From positions 1-55,967 of the forward strand of contig JBAXNF010000001.1 of NCBI GenBank assembly GCA_037133935.1: 55,967 nt of DNA. The letters run 5' to 3'. The stretch is from a bacterium (GTDB lineage Bacteria > Actinomycetota > Acidimicrobiia > Acidimicrobiales > Ilumatobacteraceae). Below, piece after piece: positions 35,410-44,264 of this stretch; the stretch's first letter is position 1; every line of letters starts with the position of its first letter. The translations under genes were made by a program, and so were the position numbers. The notes under the pieces were generated by a model. It was not told the DNA's origin. It worked only from the letters and a program-made list of their open reading frames with translations, and searched no databases.

Positions 35410-36234
35410 CTACCGAGTAACGGGAGCAAATTGAGGAGGTCGCTTCTCCATGAAACTGGCGACTCCCTCTTTGAAATCGGGCCGCAACTTTGATTCTTCC
35501 ATCAAAATAAGAGACCGTTGCTCAGAAGAACTCAGTGGTTGTGTGGCATCTGCATACACCTGTTCCTTCATCACTTTCATTGATGCGGGTGAAACATTTG
35601 AAGCCAAGTCACTGGCGTAGGCAATGACATGGTCTAGCAAATGGTCGCCAGGAACGACTCCATTGATCAACCCCATTTGATGCGCTTCTTCTGCAAGGAA
35701 CACGCGACCGCTCAACAACACATCAAGTGCATTTGCTGTTCCTACCAAGCGTGGCAATAACCAACTAATTCCGTATTCCGCAATGAGCCCTCGGCGCCCA
35801 AAAGCAGTGGTGAACTTTGCCCCAGCAGCAGCAAATCGAATATCACAGGTCAACGCCTGAACGAGACCGACACCGGCACATGCGCCGTTAATGGCAGCTA
35901 TCACCGGCTTAGGGATGGTCGTTGTATATGAAGGCAATCGCAGTGGACTCACTGCTTCTGCTTTTGTAGCGGGATTCCCTGGCGCATCACCCATTGCTTT
36001 TAATCGGTTCATGTCTGCACCTGCGCAGAAACCTTTTCCCGCACCTGTTACAACAAGAACGCGCACTTCATCATTTGCTACGCACTCGTCCATTAATTCG
36101 AAATAGCGCACAGCTATATCGCCGTTCCAGGCATTCAACCGGTCGGGACGATTCAAGGTGAGTAACGCGACGCCCGGAGCAGGGTGAGAGAGAAGGACTG
36201 TGTCGTTTACTGCAGAGTTATTGGAGGTCGCCAT
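35410..36234 (-). CDS. Enoyl-CoA hydratase/isomerase (crotonase) family protein
   Basis: LLTLNRPDRLNAW, VLVVTGAGKGFCAGADM and AAINGACAGVGL are crotonase oxyanion-hole motifs. Start ambiguous: ATG at 36234, or at 36288, which overlaps lgt by 71 nt. Confidence 0.85.
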   Translation of the reverse strand: MATSNNSAVNDTVLLSHPAPGVALLTLNRPDRLNAWNGDIAVRYFELMDECVANDEVRVLVVTGAGKGFCAGADMNRLKAMGDAPGNPATKAEAVSPLRLPSYTTTIPKPVIAAINGACAGVGLVQALTCDIRFAAAGAKFTTAFGRRGLIAEYGISWLLPRLVGTANALDVLLSGRVFLAEEAHQMGLINGVVPGDHLLDHVIAYASDLASNVSPASMKVMKEQVYADATQPLSSSEQRSLILMEESKLRPDFKEGVASFMEKRPPQFAPVTR

Positions 36235-37072
36235 AAGGAAGAACGTTAGACGGGTCAGGTTCACTACGCCGATACCAGAGCGCCTCATTCACCAAAAAGC
36301 CAATGGAAATGACAAAGACTGTCAAAGAAACCCACTGATTGAGCCGCAATCCACCCACATGATGAGCATCATCAATACGCAGTCCTTCAATGAAAAAGCG
36401 CATCAGGGTGTACCCCGCGCAGTACACAAAAAAGAGTCGCCCGGGTCGCAACGGGATTCTCTTATCGAGGGCAAGCAACACGAAGCACAAAAGTGCACAC
36501 CCGAGTGACTCGTAAAGAAATGTTGGATGAAAAGTAGTACCCACAGGAAAACCAGTGCTCATCGTTTTCTCGGCGCTAATTTCAAGGCCCCACGGCAATG
36601 TGGTTGCTTTGCCAAAAAGTTCCTGGTTGAACCAGTTGCCCCAACGACCAATTGCTTGACCAATTGCTAACGCGGGTGCAGCGCAAGTAACAACGAGTAG
36701 TACGGGCAAACCCTTGCGGTGAGTTGCCCACATACCCACAACTACACCAAGCGCAATGCCACCCCATATGCCAAGGCCGCCTTGCCATACCTTCACAATG
36801 TCGCCATAGTTATTAGAGAAGCGTGACCAATCGGTGACTACGTGATACAGCCGAGCACCAATAACGCCAGCAGGAACTGCCCACATTGCAATGGAACTAA
36901 TGTCTTCACTCGTGCCAACGCCACGAGCCTCAACACGTTTACCTATCAGCCACACAGCGACCACTACGCCAAGCGCAATCATGAGACCATAAGCATTCAT
37001 ACGCACAGGCCCTAGGTTCAACGTTCCCGTCGAGGGGCTCGGGATACTTGCCCATATATGCAGGTGTGGCAT
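36218..37072 (-). CDS. lgt: Prolipoprotein diacylglyceryl transferase
   Basis: Polytopic membrane protein with Lgt motifs (YGLMIALGVVVA, RLYHV, VWQGGLGIWGG, GQAIGRWGNWFNQELFG, HPTFLYES). The ATG at 37072 avoids overlap with the upstream gene. Confidence 0.9.
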   Translation of the reverse strand: MPHLHIWASIPSPSTGTLNLGPVRMNAYGLMIALGVVVAVWLIGKRVEARGVGTSEDISSIAMWAVPAGVIGARLYHVVTDWSRFSNNYGDIVKVWQGGLGIWGGIALGVVVGMWATHRKGLPVLLVVTCAAPALAIGQAIGRWGNWFNQELFGKATTLPWGLEISAEKTMSTGFPVGTTFHPTFLYESLGCALLCFVLLALDKRIPLRPGRLFFVYCAGYTLMRFFIEGLRIDDAHHVGGLRLNQWVSLTVFVISIGFLVNEALWYRRSEPDPSNVLPYGDLQ

Positions 37073-37076
37073 TGAG

Positions 37077-37847
37077 TTAACTTTCCGCCACAGCAAAAGC
37101 GAAATTGACTGCACCTTCAAAAATGATTTGCTTATCGAAGTCTTGAGTAGCAACGTGATAACTGCGTTCTAGTTTCACCTGTTCAACGGGTCCACCGTAT
37201 GTAGCAACAACGAAATCGCTATCGGCTGGGCTAACCACATGGTCTTGGGTTGACGAAAAGAGCAACAACGGTACTTTTGTTTCCGGCAAGCGCTGTGCAA
37301 GTGGTTTTAAACCATCGGCAATGAATGAAAGCAGCGGACGAATGGGTGTGCCGGCATATGCATTTTCCGTTGTCTCAGGGTCGGCGATGTCGCTACCAAT
37401 ACCCGGAATCACTTCAGTGCCCTCGGTCAACATGCCTTCAATAGCACTCACTATTTCATCAGGCATTGCCTGAGTAGCAGGGTTCACGCAAACAATGCCA
37501 GCGATGCTTGGGTGCTGTGCGGCCAGCCACAACGTCAGTGTTCCGCCCATTGACAAACCCATGACCACAACTTTTTCCACACGTAACGCCAACATGGCGT
37601 AAGCAGTATCGGCATCGCGCAACCAATCGCTCCACGTTGTGGGCAGCATGTCTTCAATGTCGGTTCCGTGCCCAGCAAGCCGCGGCATTTCTACATGAAA
37701 GCCGGCCGAAGCACATGCCTCAGCGAGACCACGCATTGAACCAGGGTTGCCTGTAAAGCCATGCACCACCAAAACACCTGTGGTGAGAGTTCCTTGATGA
37801 GACCACGCTTCTGCACCAGCCATTACCTCATGAGTTGCCATGCCCAT
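37077..37847 (-). CDS. Alpha/beta-hydrolase (carboxylesterase / monoacylglycerol-lipase-like)
   Basis: VLVVHGFTGNPGSMR, GLSMGG nucleophile elbow, and a C-terminal DHVV...SYHV (Asp/His) arrangement. Confidence 0.8.
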   Translation of the reverse strand: MGMATHEVMAGAEAWSHQGTLTTGVLVVHGFTGNPGSMRGLAEACASAGFHVEMPRLAGHGTDIEDMLPTTWSDWLRDADTAYAMLALRVEKVVVMGLSMGGTLTLWLAAQHPSIAGIVCVNPATQAMPDEIVSAIEGMLTEGTEVIPGIGSDIADPETTENAYAGTPIRPLLSFIADGLKPLAQRLPETKVPLLLFSSTQDHVVSPADSDFVVATYGGPVEQVKLERSYHVATQDFDKQIIFEGAVNFAFAVAES

Positions 37848-37897
37848 AGTGTAGATCGTTCCGATGAATGGCTCGCCTTCGTGTCTAGCCTAGAACT

Positions 37898-38818
37898 ATG
37901 CGGCAACGTAGAAAATCGGTGGAATCATCTGCCTTCAGTGCCGTTATTCCCGTCATTGCACTTCTTCCAGCCTGGATTGTTTCTACGTCATTTTTCTGGT
38001 GGTGTTTCTCACTCATTTTCCCAGTGAATTTTTTCATTTTCCATTGTGTTGTTGCGCTTGGTGCCGGTCTCATGTTTTTTCTTCCTGCGCAGCGTCTCTT
38101 AGTAGTGCGACTCCTCGGTACTCGTACGCCGAATAAACATGAAATGGAACGACTTGCACCAATAATAAAAGTTGTTGCCCAAAGTGCTCGGCTACATACG
38201 CCGCGATTCATTGTTGCAATTGACGAAAGCACCGACATCAACGCCTTCGCATGTGGTGGGCACATACTTGTTGTGAGTTCGTATGCCGTTCAACATCTCA
38301 GCGACGCTGAACTCACTGGTGTGGTAGCCCATGAAATGAGTCACCACCTTGGTGCACACACCGTTGCATTATCAATAGGGCAATGGCTGAGTTTGCCCAT
38401 CATTGCGTGCGCACGTCTGGGGTTCTTCTTACAAGGTACGGCACTTCGCATTGAAAAATTTCTCGTGCAACGTCACCCGTATTTCCGCCTGCCGAGCAAA
38501 ATAATTACTTTTTTATTTGCTGCGGTCGCTTGGATTTTTCAAGCTTCACTTGTGAGTGCCCACCTTTTAAACAACATCGTGGGAAAAAACGCCGAGTTTC
38601 AGGCCGACGCACGTGCAGTATCACTTGGCTTTGGGAAACAGTTGTCCGCGGCACTTTCTCGATTCACTCTTAGCCATGAGAATTCGCAACATGATTCCCA
38701 CAAGCTCCGCTTGGCAAAAAAGGAATGGCACGAGAAGATCTTTTCGTCTCACCCAGAGGCCCGTACCCGAATTGCTCGCATTGAAGCTCAACTTCGTACG
38801 CAACAACAACGCAGGTAG
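37898..38818 (+). CDS. M48-family (HtpX-like) membrane zinc metalloprotease
   Basis: N-terminal TM segments, HEMSHH (HExxH) motif at VVAHEMSHHLGAH, and a distal SSHPEARTRI segment. Confidence 0.8.
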   Translation: MRQRRKSVESSAFSAVIPVIALLPAWIVSTSFFWWCFSLIFPVNFFIFHCVVALGAGLMFFLPAQRLLVVRLLGTRTPNKHEMERLAPIIKVVAQSARLHTPRFIVAIDESTDINAFACGGHILVVSSYAVQHLSDAELTGVVAHEMSHHLGAHTVALSIGQWLSLPIIACARLGFFLQGTALRIEKFLVQRHPYFRLPSKIITFLFAAVAWIFQASLVSAHLLNNIVGKNAEFQADARAVSLGFGKQLSAALSRFTLSHENSQHDSHKLRLAKKEWHEKIFSSHPEARTRIARIEAQLRTQQQRR

Positions 38819-38827
38819 CCTGTCGAG

Positions 38828-39895
38828 GTGCAACCTCATTCTGGTCAACCCGATAGGGCAATTGAGGCCCCTTCTCCGTTTCTCGCAGCCGCCCGTGGCG
38901 AGCGCGCAAAGCACACCCCTGTGTGGTTTATGCGGCAAGCTGGTCGCAGCCTTCCCGAGTATCGAGCCTTGCGTGGCGAAGGAAGCATTTTAGACGCCAT
39001 TAAAAAACCCGAGCTCGCTGCAGAATTTACATTGCAGCCCGTGCGGCGATACGGCGTTGATGCGGCGGTTCTCTACAGCGACATCGTTGTTTCCTCACAT
39101 GCCGTTGGTTTCGGCATCGATGTAGCGCCTGGCACCGGCCCTGTGGCCCCTACTCCCCTGCGCACCAACGACGACCTCGCTCGACTTCGCCCTCTTGAAC
39201 CCGAATCAGACATGCACTATGTAATGCAAACAATTGACATGTTGGTGAAAGAACTCCAAGTACCACTTCTTGGCTTTGCCGGTGCCCCGTTTACGGTTGC
39301 TAGCTACCTCATTGAAGGAAGGCCAAGCAGAACTTACGAAAACTCTTTTGCAATGATGCGCAACAACAACGTGTTGTGGCACAGCGTGATGGAAAGACTC
39401 ACGCAACACGCTGTTGCACTCGTTTCTGCACAAATTCAACATGGCGCACAGGCGTTTCAAATTTTCGATAGCTGGGTAGGCGCGTTAACAGTTGACGATT
39501 ACAGGAAATATGTGCTTCCGCACACTAAAAATGTGTTTACTGAATTATCTCGATTGCACCCAGAAGTAGCTGGCATTCATTTTGGAGTGAATTGTTCACA
39601 CTTGCTTGAGGCAATGCACGAAGCAGGTGCCTCCATAATGGGTATCGACGCGACTATTACTCTTCAAGCCGTACGTGAACGACTTGGGGCAAATGTTGTG
39701 CTCCAAGGAAACTTGAATACCGATCGTGTCCTTGAAGGCGTGGAACCAGCACTTGCAGCAGCAAATGAAGTTCTTGCGAGCAATGCGCAACACCCAGGTC
39801 ATATTTTCAACCTTGGTCATGGTGTCACACCGCAGTGCAACCCCGATGTTCTCCACGCAATCGTGGAACATGTTCATGAAAGGACAGCGCAATGA
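38828..39895 (+). CDS. hemE: Uroporphyrinogen decarboxylase
   Basis: PVWFMRQAGRSLPEY signature plus a full-length UroD-like translation. GTG start. Confidence 0.93.
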   Translation: MQPHSGQPDRAIEAPSPFLAAARGERAKHTPVWFMRQAGRSLPEYRALRGEGSILDAIKKPELAAEFTLQPVRRYGVDAAVLYSDIVVSSHAVGFGIDVAPGTGPVAPTPLRTNDDLARLRPLEPESDMHYVMQTIDMLVKELQVPLLGFAGAPFTVASYLIEGRPSRTYENSFAMMRNNNVLWHSVMERLTQHAVALVSAQIQHGAQAFQIFDSWVGALTVDDYRKYVLPHTKNVFTELSRLHPEVAGIHFGVNCSHLLEAMHEAGASIMGIDATITLQAVRERLGANVVLQGNLNTDRVLEGVEPALAAANEVLASNAQHPGHIFNLGHGVTPQCNPDVLHAIVEHVHERTAQ

Positions 39896-40815
39896 GTAAC
39901 ACAAAAACAGCAGTTCTTCTCATGGCATACGGAACCCCACGTAGTCGTGAAGAAATTTTGCCCTACTACACCGATATTCGAAGAGGTCGCGTACCCACCG
40001 AAGAACAACTGAGCGACCTCACCGCACGCTATGAGGCCATTGGTGGCTTGTCGCCTCTTGCTGCGCTCACCGAATCTCAACGTGATGCGTTGCAGACAGC
40101 TCTGAACAACATCGCTCCAGACACTTATCACGTTGCTTTAGGGCTGAAACACGCAGCCCCAATGATTGAAGATGCAGTACAACAACTTGCAACTGAAGGT
40201 TTCACAAAAATTATCGCCCTTGTACTCGCCCCGCATTATTCTTCTTTCAGCATTGGCCAATACATAGGTCGCGCAACAGAAGCAGCAACGCCACACGGTA
40301 TTTCTGTTGTGGGCATAACAAGCTGGGCCACCGAAGAAGCATTCATTGCATTTCTCGCAGCCGATATGTCTACAAAATTGGCAGCAATGCCCACCAGCAC
40401 CCATGTGCTCTTCACTGCCCATTCGCTTCCTCAACGCATTATTGATGCCGGCGACCCATACCCCGCCGAACTGCGGTCAACCGCCGTTGCAGTTGCCGCA
40501 AAACTAGGACTCGAAGAAAACGCTCAGTGGTCAATTGCTTGGCAATCTGCTGGTCGCACCCCAGAACCTTGGATTGGTCCCGACATTCTTGACGTCATCG
40601 ATGCACTGGCTACACAAACGACCCCTGTCGCAGGTGTACTCGTGAGTGCTTGTGGCTTCGTGGCTGATCATCTTGAGGTACTTTTTGACCTCGATATTGA
40701 GGCCTTGCATCGCGCTCAGCAACACGGGCTCGCATTTGCGCGAACAGAATGCGTGAATGACAATGAAGCAATAATGAATGCACTCGCTCACCGCGTGCAC
40801 GCAGCCAACCAATGA
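39892..40815 (+). CDS. hemH: Ferrochelatase (coproporphyrin ferrochelatase type), short form
   Basis: AVLLMAYGTP, PHYSSFS and FTAHSLP motifs. ATGA overlap with the hemE stop and an AAAGGA RBS. At 307 aa it has no C-terminal Cys-rich extension. Confidence 0.9.
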   Translation: MSNTKTAVLLMAYGTPRSREEILPYYTDIRRGRVPTEEQLSDLTARYEAIGGLSPLAALTESQRDALQTALNNIAPDTYHVALGLKHAAPMIEDAVQQLATEGFTKIIALVLAPHYSSFSIGQYIGRATEAATPHGISVVGITSWATEEAFIAFLAADMSTKLAAMPTSTHVLFTAHSLPQRIIDAGDPYPAELRSTAVAVAAKLGLEENAQWSIAWQSAGRTPEPWIGPDILDVIDALATQTTPVAGVLVSACGFVADHLEVLFDLDIEALHRAQQHGLAFARTECVNDNEAIMNALAHRVHAANQ

Positions 40816-40826
40816 ATTAAGGCAAA

Positions 40827-42242
40827 ATGCCAGAAGAATCCGTCTCTGCAGAACATCATGTAGTCATTATTGGCGCTGGTATTACCGGCCTGTCATGTGC
40901 ACATTCTCTTCTCACTGCAGCGCCACACCTACAAGTCACACTTCTTGAATCTCAACCCACAACAGGTGGCGTTATTCGCACATCTCCTTTTGCAGGTCTG
41001 CCTCATGTTGATGAAGGTTCCGATGCATTTCTGTTGCGTGTGCCCTTTGCTGCTCAACTAGCAAACGATGTCGGGCTAGGTAGCCAACTCACTTCGCCAT
41101 CATCTGGGCACGCTTCTGTATGGCGCAATGGTTTACATCGGCTACCTGCCGGACTCCTGCTTGGTGTACCCACACAACTTTCCTCGCTCGCTACTTCACG
41201 GCTTATTTCGCCTCGAGGGAAATTGCGTGCTGCACTCGACCTTGTGTTGCCACGCACATCTACTACAAGCGACTCCATTGGTACTTACATGCGTCGGCGC
41301 TTTGGCAATGAAGTACACAACATGCTCATTGACCCCCTTGTGGGCAGCATCTATGCGGCCGACACCGATCACTTTTCACTTGAAATGGTTCCGCAGTTGA
41401 GTGCTCTCGCATCAAGCAGTCGCAGCGTTTTGCTCACTGCTCGGCGTATGCCCAAACCAACACCCGAAGTTGCTGCTACTCCTATTTTTGGAGCTCCTCT
41501 CGCTGGTATGGGTTCCTTAATTAAGGCAACTCAAGAGACCGTCGAAAAACTTGGTGGCACCATTCGCATTAACGCGCATGTTTCTTCGGTAGAGCCTGCT
41601 TCTAGCAATGGGAAATACTCCGTTCACTTCACAGCAAATGGAGCAAGTGAAACACTTACCGCGAACCACGTTGTTGTGTGCTCTCCGGCCAAACACTCTT
41701 CTGGCTTTTTTGCAGAATCGGCGCCACAAGTTTCACAGCTCCTTGCGCAAAGTGCACACGCTTCCGTGGTGATGGTTGCACTTGCGGTGCCCAAAGCATC
41801 ACTACCGCAAACAGCCAGCGGTAGCGGATACTTAGTGCCGAAGCCTGAACAACGCTTTATTACAGCAGTTTCTTTTGCGTCTCAAAAATGGGCACACTTG
41901 AACACCACTGAATCTGCAATTCTGCGTGTGTCACTTGGCCGAGACGCAATGCCCCTCCACGAACATTCCGATGAAGAATTAACTTCGTTCGTTCTTGCCG
42001 ATATCAAGCGCCATCTTCTTGTTGATCTTGAACCAACAGCACTACGAATTACTCGCTGGAAAGAGAGTTTTCCTCAGTATCGCCCGCACCATGTTGCCCA
42101 TGTTGAGCATCTAGAAAAACACTTAGCTGAAAAAATGCCACAAGTGCTCTTGGCAGGAGCGAGTTTCAAAGGAATTGGCGTTCCGTCATGCGTGCAGCAG
42201 GGTGTCGTGAGCGCCCAAAAGATTATTTCGAGTATCCAGTGA
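40827..42242 (+). CDS. hemY: Protoporphyrinogen/coproporphyrinogen III oxidase (HemY/CgoX type), FAD-dependent
   Basis: N-terminal dinucleotide-binding VVIIGAGITGLS, length 471 aa, position next to hemE-hemH, C-terminal GASFKGIGVPSC. Confidence 0.85.
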   Translation: MPEESVSAEHHVVIIGAGITGLSCAHSLLTAAPHLQVTLLESQPTTGGVIRTSPFAGLPHVDEGSDAFLLRVPFAAQLANDVGLGSQLTSPSSGHASVWRNGLHRLPAGLLLGVPTQLSSLATSRLISPRGKLRAALDLVLPRTSTTSDSIGTYMRRRFGNEVHNMLIDPLVGSIYAADTDHFSLEMVPQLSALASSSRSVLLTARRMPKPTPEVAATPIFGAPLAGMGSLIKATQETVEKLGGTIRINAHVSSVEPASSNGKYSVHFTANGASETLTANHVVVCSPAKHSSGFFAESAPQVSQLLAQSAHASVVMVALAVPKASLPQTASGSGYLVPKPEQRFITAVSFASQKWAHLNTTESAILRVSLGRDAMPLHEHSDEELTSFVLADIKRHLLVDLEPTALRITRWKESFPQYRPHHVAHVEHLEKHLAEKMPQVLLAGASFKGIGVPSCVQQGVVSAQKIISSIQ

Positions 42243-42244
42243 AA

Positions 42245-42748
42245 ATGCTTTTGCGGTTTGCCATTTTCGGAACACTATTTGCATCACTCATCTCATTTTC
42301 TTCTTCAGCGCCAACACAAGCTGCCGTTGTACCAAGGCTTGAAAGTTTAGGCAGTATTTCTATCCCTTCAATTGGGGTCACTGCTCCCCTCCATGTAGGC
42401 ATCGGTAAGGCATCGTTGGCTAAAGGGTTTGGTCTTTGGCGAAATACAGCACTCCCGGGGAGTCCAGGCAACACCGTTATTGCAGGTCACCGCACAAGCC
42501 ATACACGTCCGCTTTTCAACATCAACAAAATTGCAATTGGCGATTTTATTTACTTTTACATGCCAGCGGGTATAGCAAAATACAAAGTAACTAAGAAGCA
42601 GATAGTGAAACCCAATGATGTGTGGATTACTCGACAAACCCGAGCTTTCATTGCAACCTTTTTTGCCTGTCATCCGCTGCGCTCCACAGCGCTGCGCTAT
42701 GTAGTGACAGCATCACTTGTAAAATTCACTGAGCAGAAGAAGTCATGA
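42245..42748 (+). CDS. Sortase-family transpeptidase (class E/F-like)
   Basis: Signal/anchor MLLRFAIFGTLFASLISF, His motif NTVIAGHRTSH, Cys motif TFFACHP, distal Arg (LRYVV). It starts 2 nt after the hemY stop. Confidence 0.75.
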   Translation: MLLRFAIFGTLFASLISFSSSAPTQAAVVPRLESLGSISIPSIGVTAPLHVGIGKASLAKGFGLWRNTALPGSPGNTVIAGHRTSHTRPLFNINKIAIGDFIYFYMPAGIAKYKVTKKQIVKPNDVWITRQTRAFIATFFACHPLRSTALRYVVTASLVKFTEQKKS

Positions 42749-44232
42749 AGTTCTCTATGCAATTTATTCGCAGCCGCAACGTGCTGGCTGGCCTATGTAT
42801 TGCATTTGCAATGCCACCCTGGGGTTGGTGGCCCTTTGCCTTCGTTGGGCTAGGTATTTTCCAAATAGCCTCGCAAAAAAGCGCATCAGGTAAACAGGCC
42901 TTTTTTGCAGGCTTCTCACTTGGCCTCGGTTGGTTTCTTCCTACTTTGGCGTGGATGTGGTACATCTCAATTCCTGGCTACATCTTTACTGTGATCTTTT
43001 TTTCATGTCTACATGGTGTTGCAGAATCATTGATATTCGCCAGAGAACCGCGACATTTCCTGCAACCCATAGCGCATGTGCTCGTTGAAGCTCTGCGTTT
43101 TTCTTGGCCATTTGGTGGTGCCCCCATAGCAACTCTTGCGATGACTCAATCAAATACCTGGTTTGCGAGTTTTGGTCGAATTGGTGGAGCACTGCTTGTG
43201 TCGTATCTGACTTGGCAGTTTGCTGTCATTCTTTTCTCGCGATTTCAACTTGTCATCCCCTGCATCGCCACGGGCTTTCTTCTTCTCGCAATTGCGCCCT
43301 CTGGAGAGAATTTCCCCAGCAATACGAAACTGCGTATTGCCTATGTGCAAGGGGGTGGACCACAAGGAACACGTGCCGCAAACACCAGCCCCCGCAATGT
43401 TGTTTTACGTCACCTTGCGGCGACACGAACACTGACCCCCGATCAAAAAATTGACGTGATCATTTGGCCAGAAAATGTCGTTGATGTGCCAACGTTCAAT
43501 ACCTCACGCGAAGCCAAGGAAATTGCTCAAGAGGCAAAACGACTCAATGCGCCGATTTCAATTGGCGTCACCGATGACGTACCGCCTGACAATTTCGCTA
43601 ATGCTCAGGTTGTCGTTACTCCTGAAGGCGACATTACTGACCGTTATGAAAAAGTACGACGCGTTCCCTTTGGCGAATTTATTCCTATGCGCGGTTTTTT
43701 AAAAGCTCTCGGTGCACCAGTTCACCAAGTGCGCCACGATGCAATCAAAGGAAAGACACCCGCAATTAGCGTCATTCCGCTTTCTCATCGCACTATTAGC
43801 GGTGACAATCTTCCGTCTGTTTCATTTGCAACCCCCATTTCGTGGGAAATATTTTTTGGAGGCCGCGTGAACGAAGGAATTGAGCGTGGGGCATCAATTA
43901 TTAAGAACCCCACTAATGGTTCTTCGTATCGTGGAACACTTTTGCAATCTCAACAAATTGCATCATCGCAATTACGTGCTATTGAGTTTGGTCGTACTGT
44001 TGTGCAAGTAGCGCCCACTGGCTTCTCCGCATTCATTTCCCCGAGTGGAAAAGTTTCACAACGCTCGAAGGTCAGTGAGCGTCGTTTAGAAATTGCCGAT
44101 ATTGAGCTACGTAACGGGCGAACCTGGTATTCATATTTAGGCGATTCACCGGTCATTATTTCTCTCCTCATTGCCTTTGCTTTTCTCCTCATTCGCCATC
44201 AGCGCAAAGGACAGATGCAGTCCACAGGCTGA
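42745..44232 (+). CDS. lnt: Apolipoprotein N-acyltransferase-like protein (CN-hydrolase domain) with Ser at the nucleophile position
   Basis: N-terminal polytopic region, then CN-hydrolase motifs: IIWPENVVD (Glu), YEKVRRVPFGEFIP (Lys), PISWEIFFGG (aligns to E. coli PAICYEIILGE; Ser codon TCG at 43840-43842). ATGA overlap with the sortase stop. Confidence 0.75.
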   Translation: MKFSMQFIRSRNVLAGLCIAFAMPPWGWWPFAFVGLGIFQIASQKSASGKQAFFAGFSLGLGWFLPTLAWMWYISIPGYIFTVIFFSCLHGVAESLIFAREPRHFLQPIAHVLVEALRFSWPFGGAPIATLAMTQSNTWFASFGRIGGALLVSYLTWQFAVILFSRFQLVIPCIATGFLLLAIAPSGENFPSNTKLRIAYVQGGGPQGTRAANTSPRNVVLRHLAATRTLTPDQKIDVIIWPENVVDVPTFNTSREAKEIAQEAKRLNAPISIGVTDDVPPDNFANAQVVVTPEGDITDRYEKVRRVPFGEFIPMRGFLKALGAPVHQVRHDAIKGKTPAISVIPLSHRTISGDNLPSVSFATPISWEIFFGGRVNEGIERGASIIKNPTNGSSYRGTLLQSQQIASSQLRAIEFGRTVVQVAPTGFSAFISPSGKVSQRSKVSERRLEIADIELRNGRTWYSYLGDSPVIISLLIAFAFLLIRHQRKGQMQSTG

Positions 44233-44264
44233 GCGCACCTACCAGGCGGTAGCATGACCCGCTT

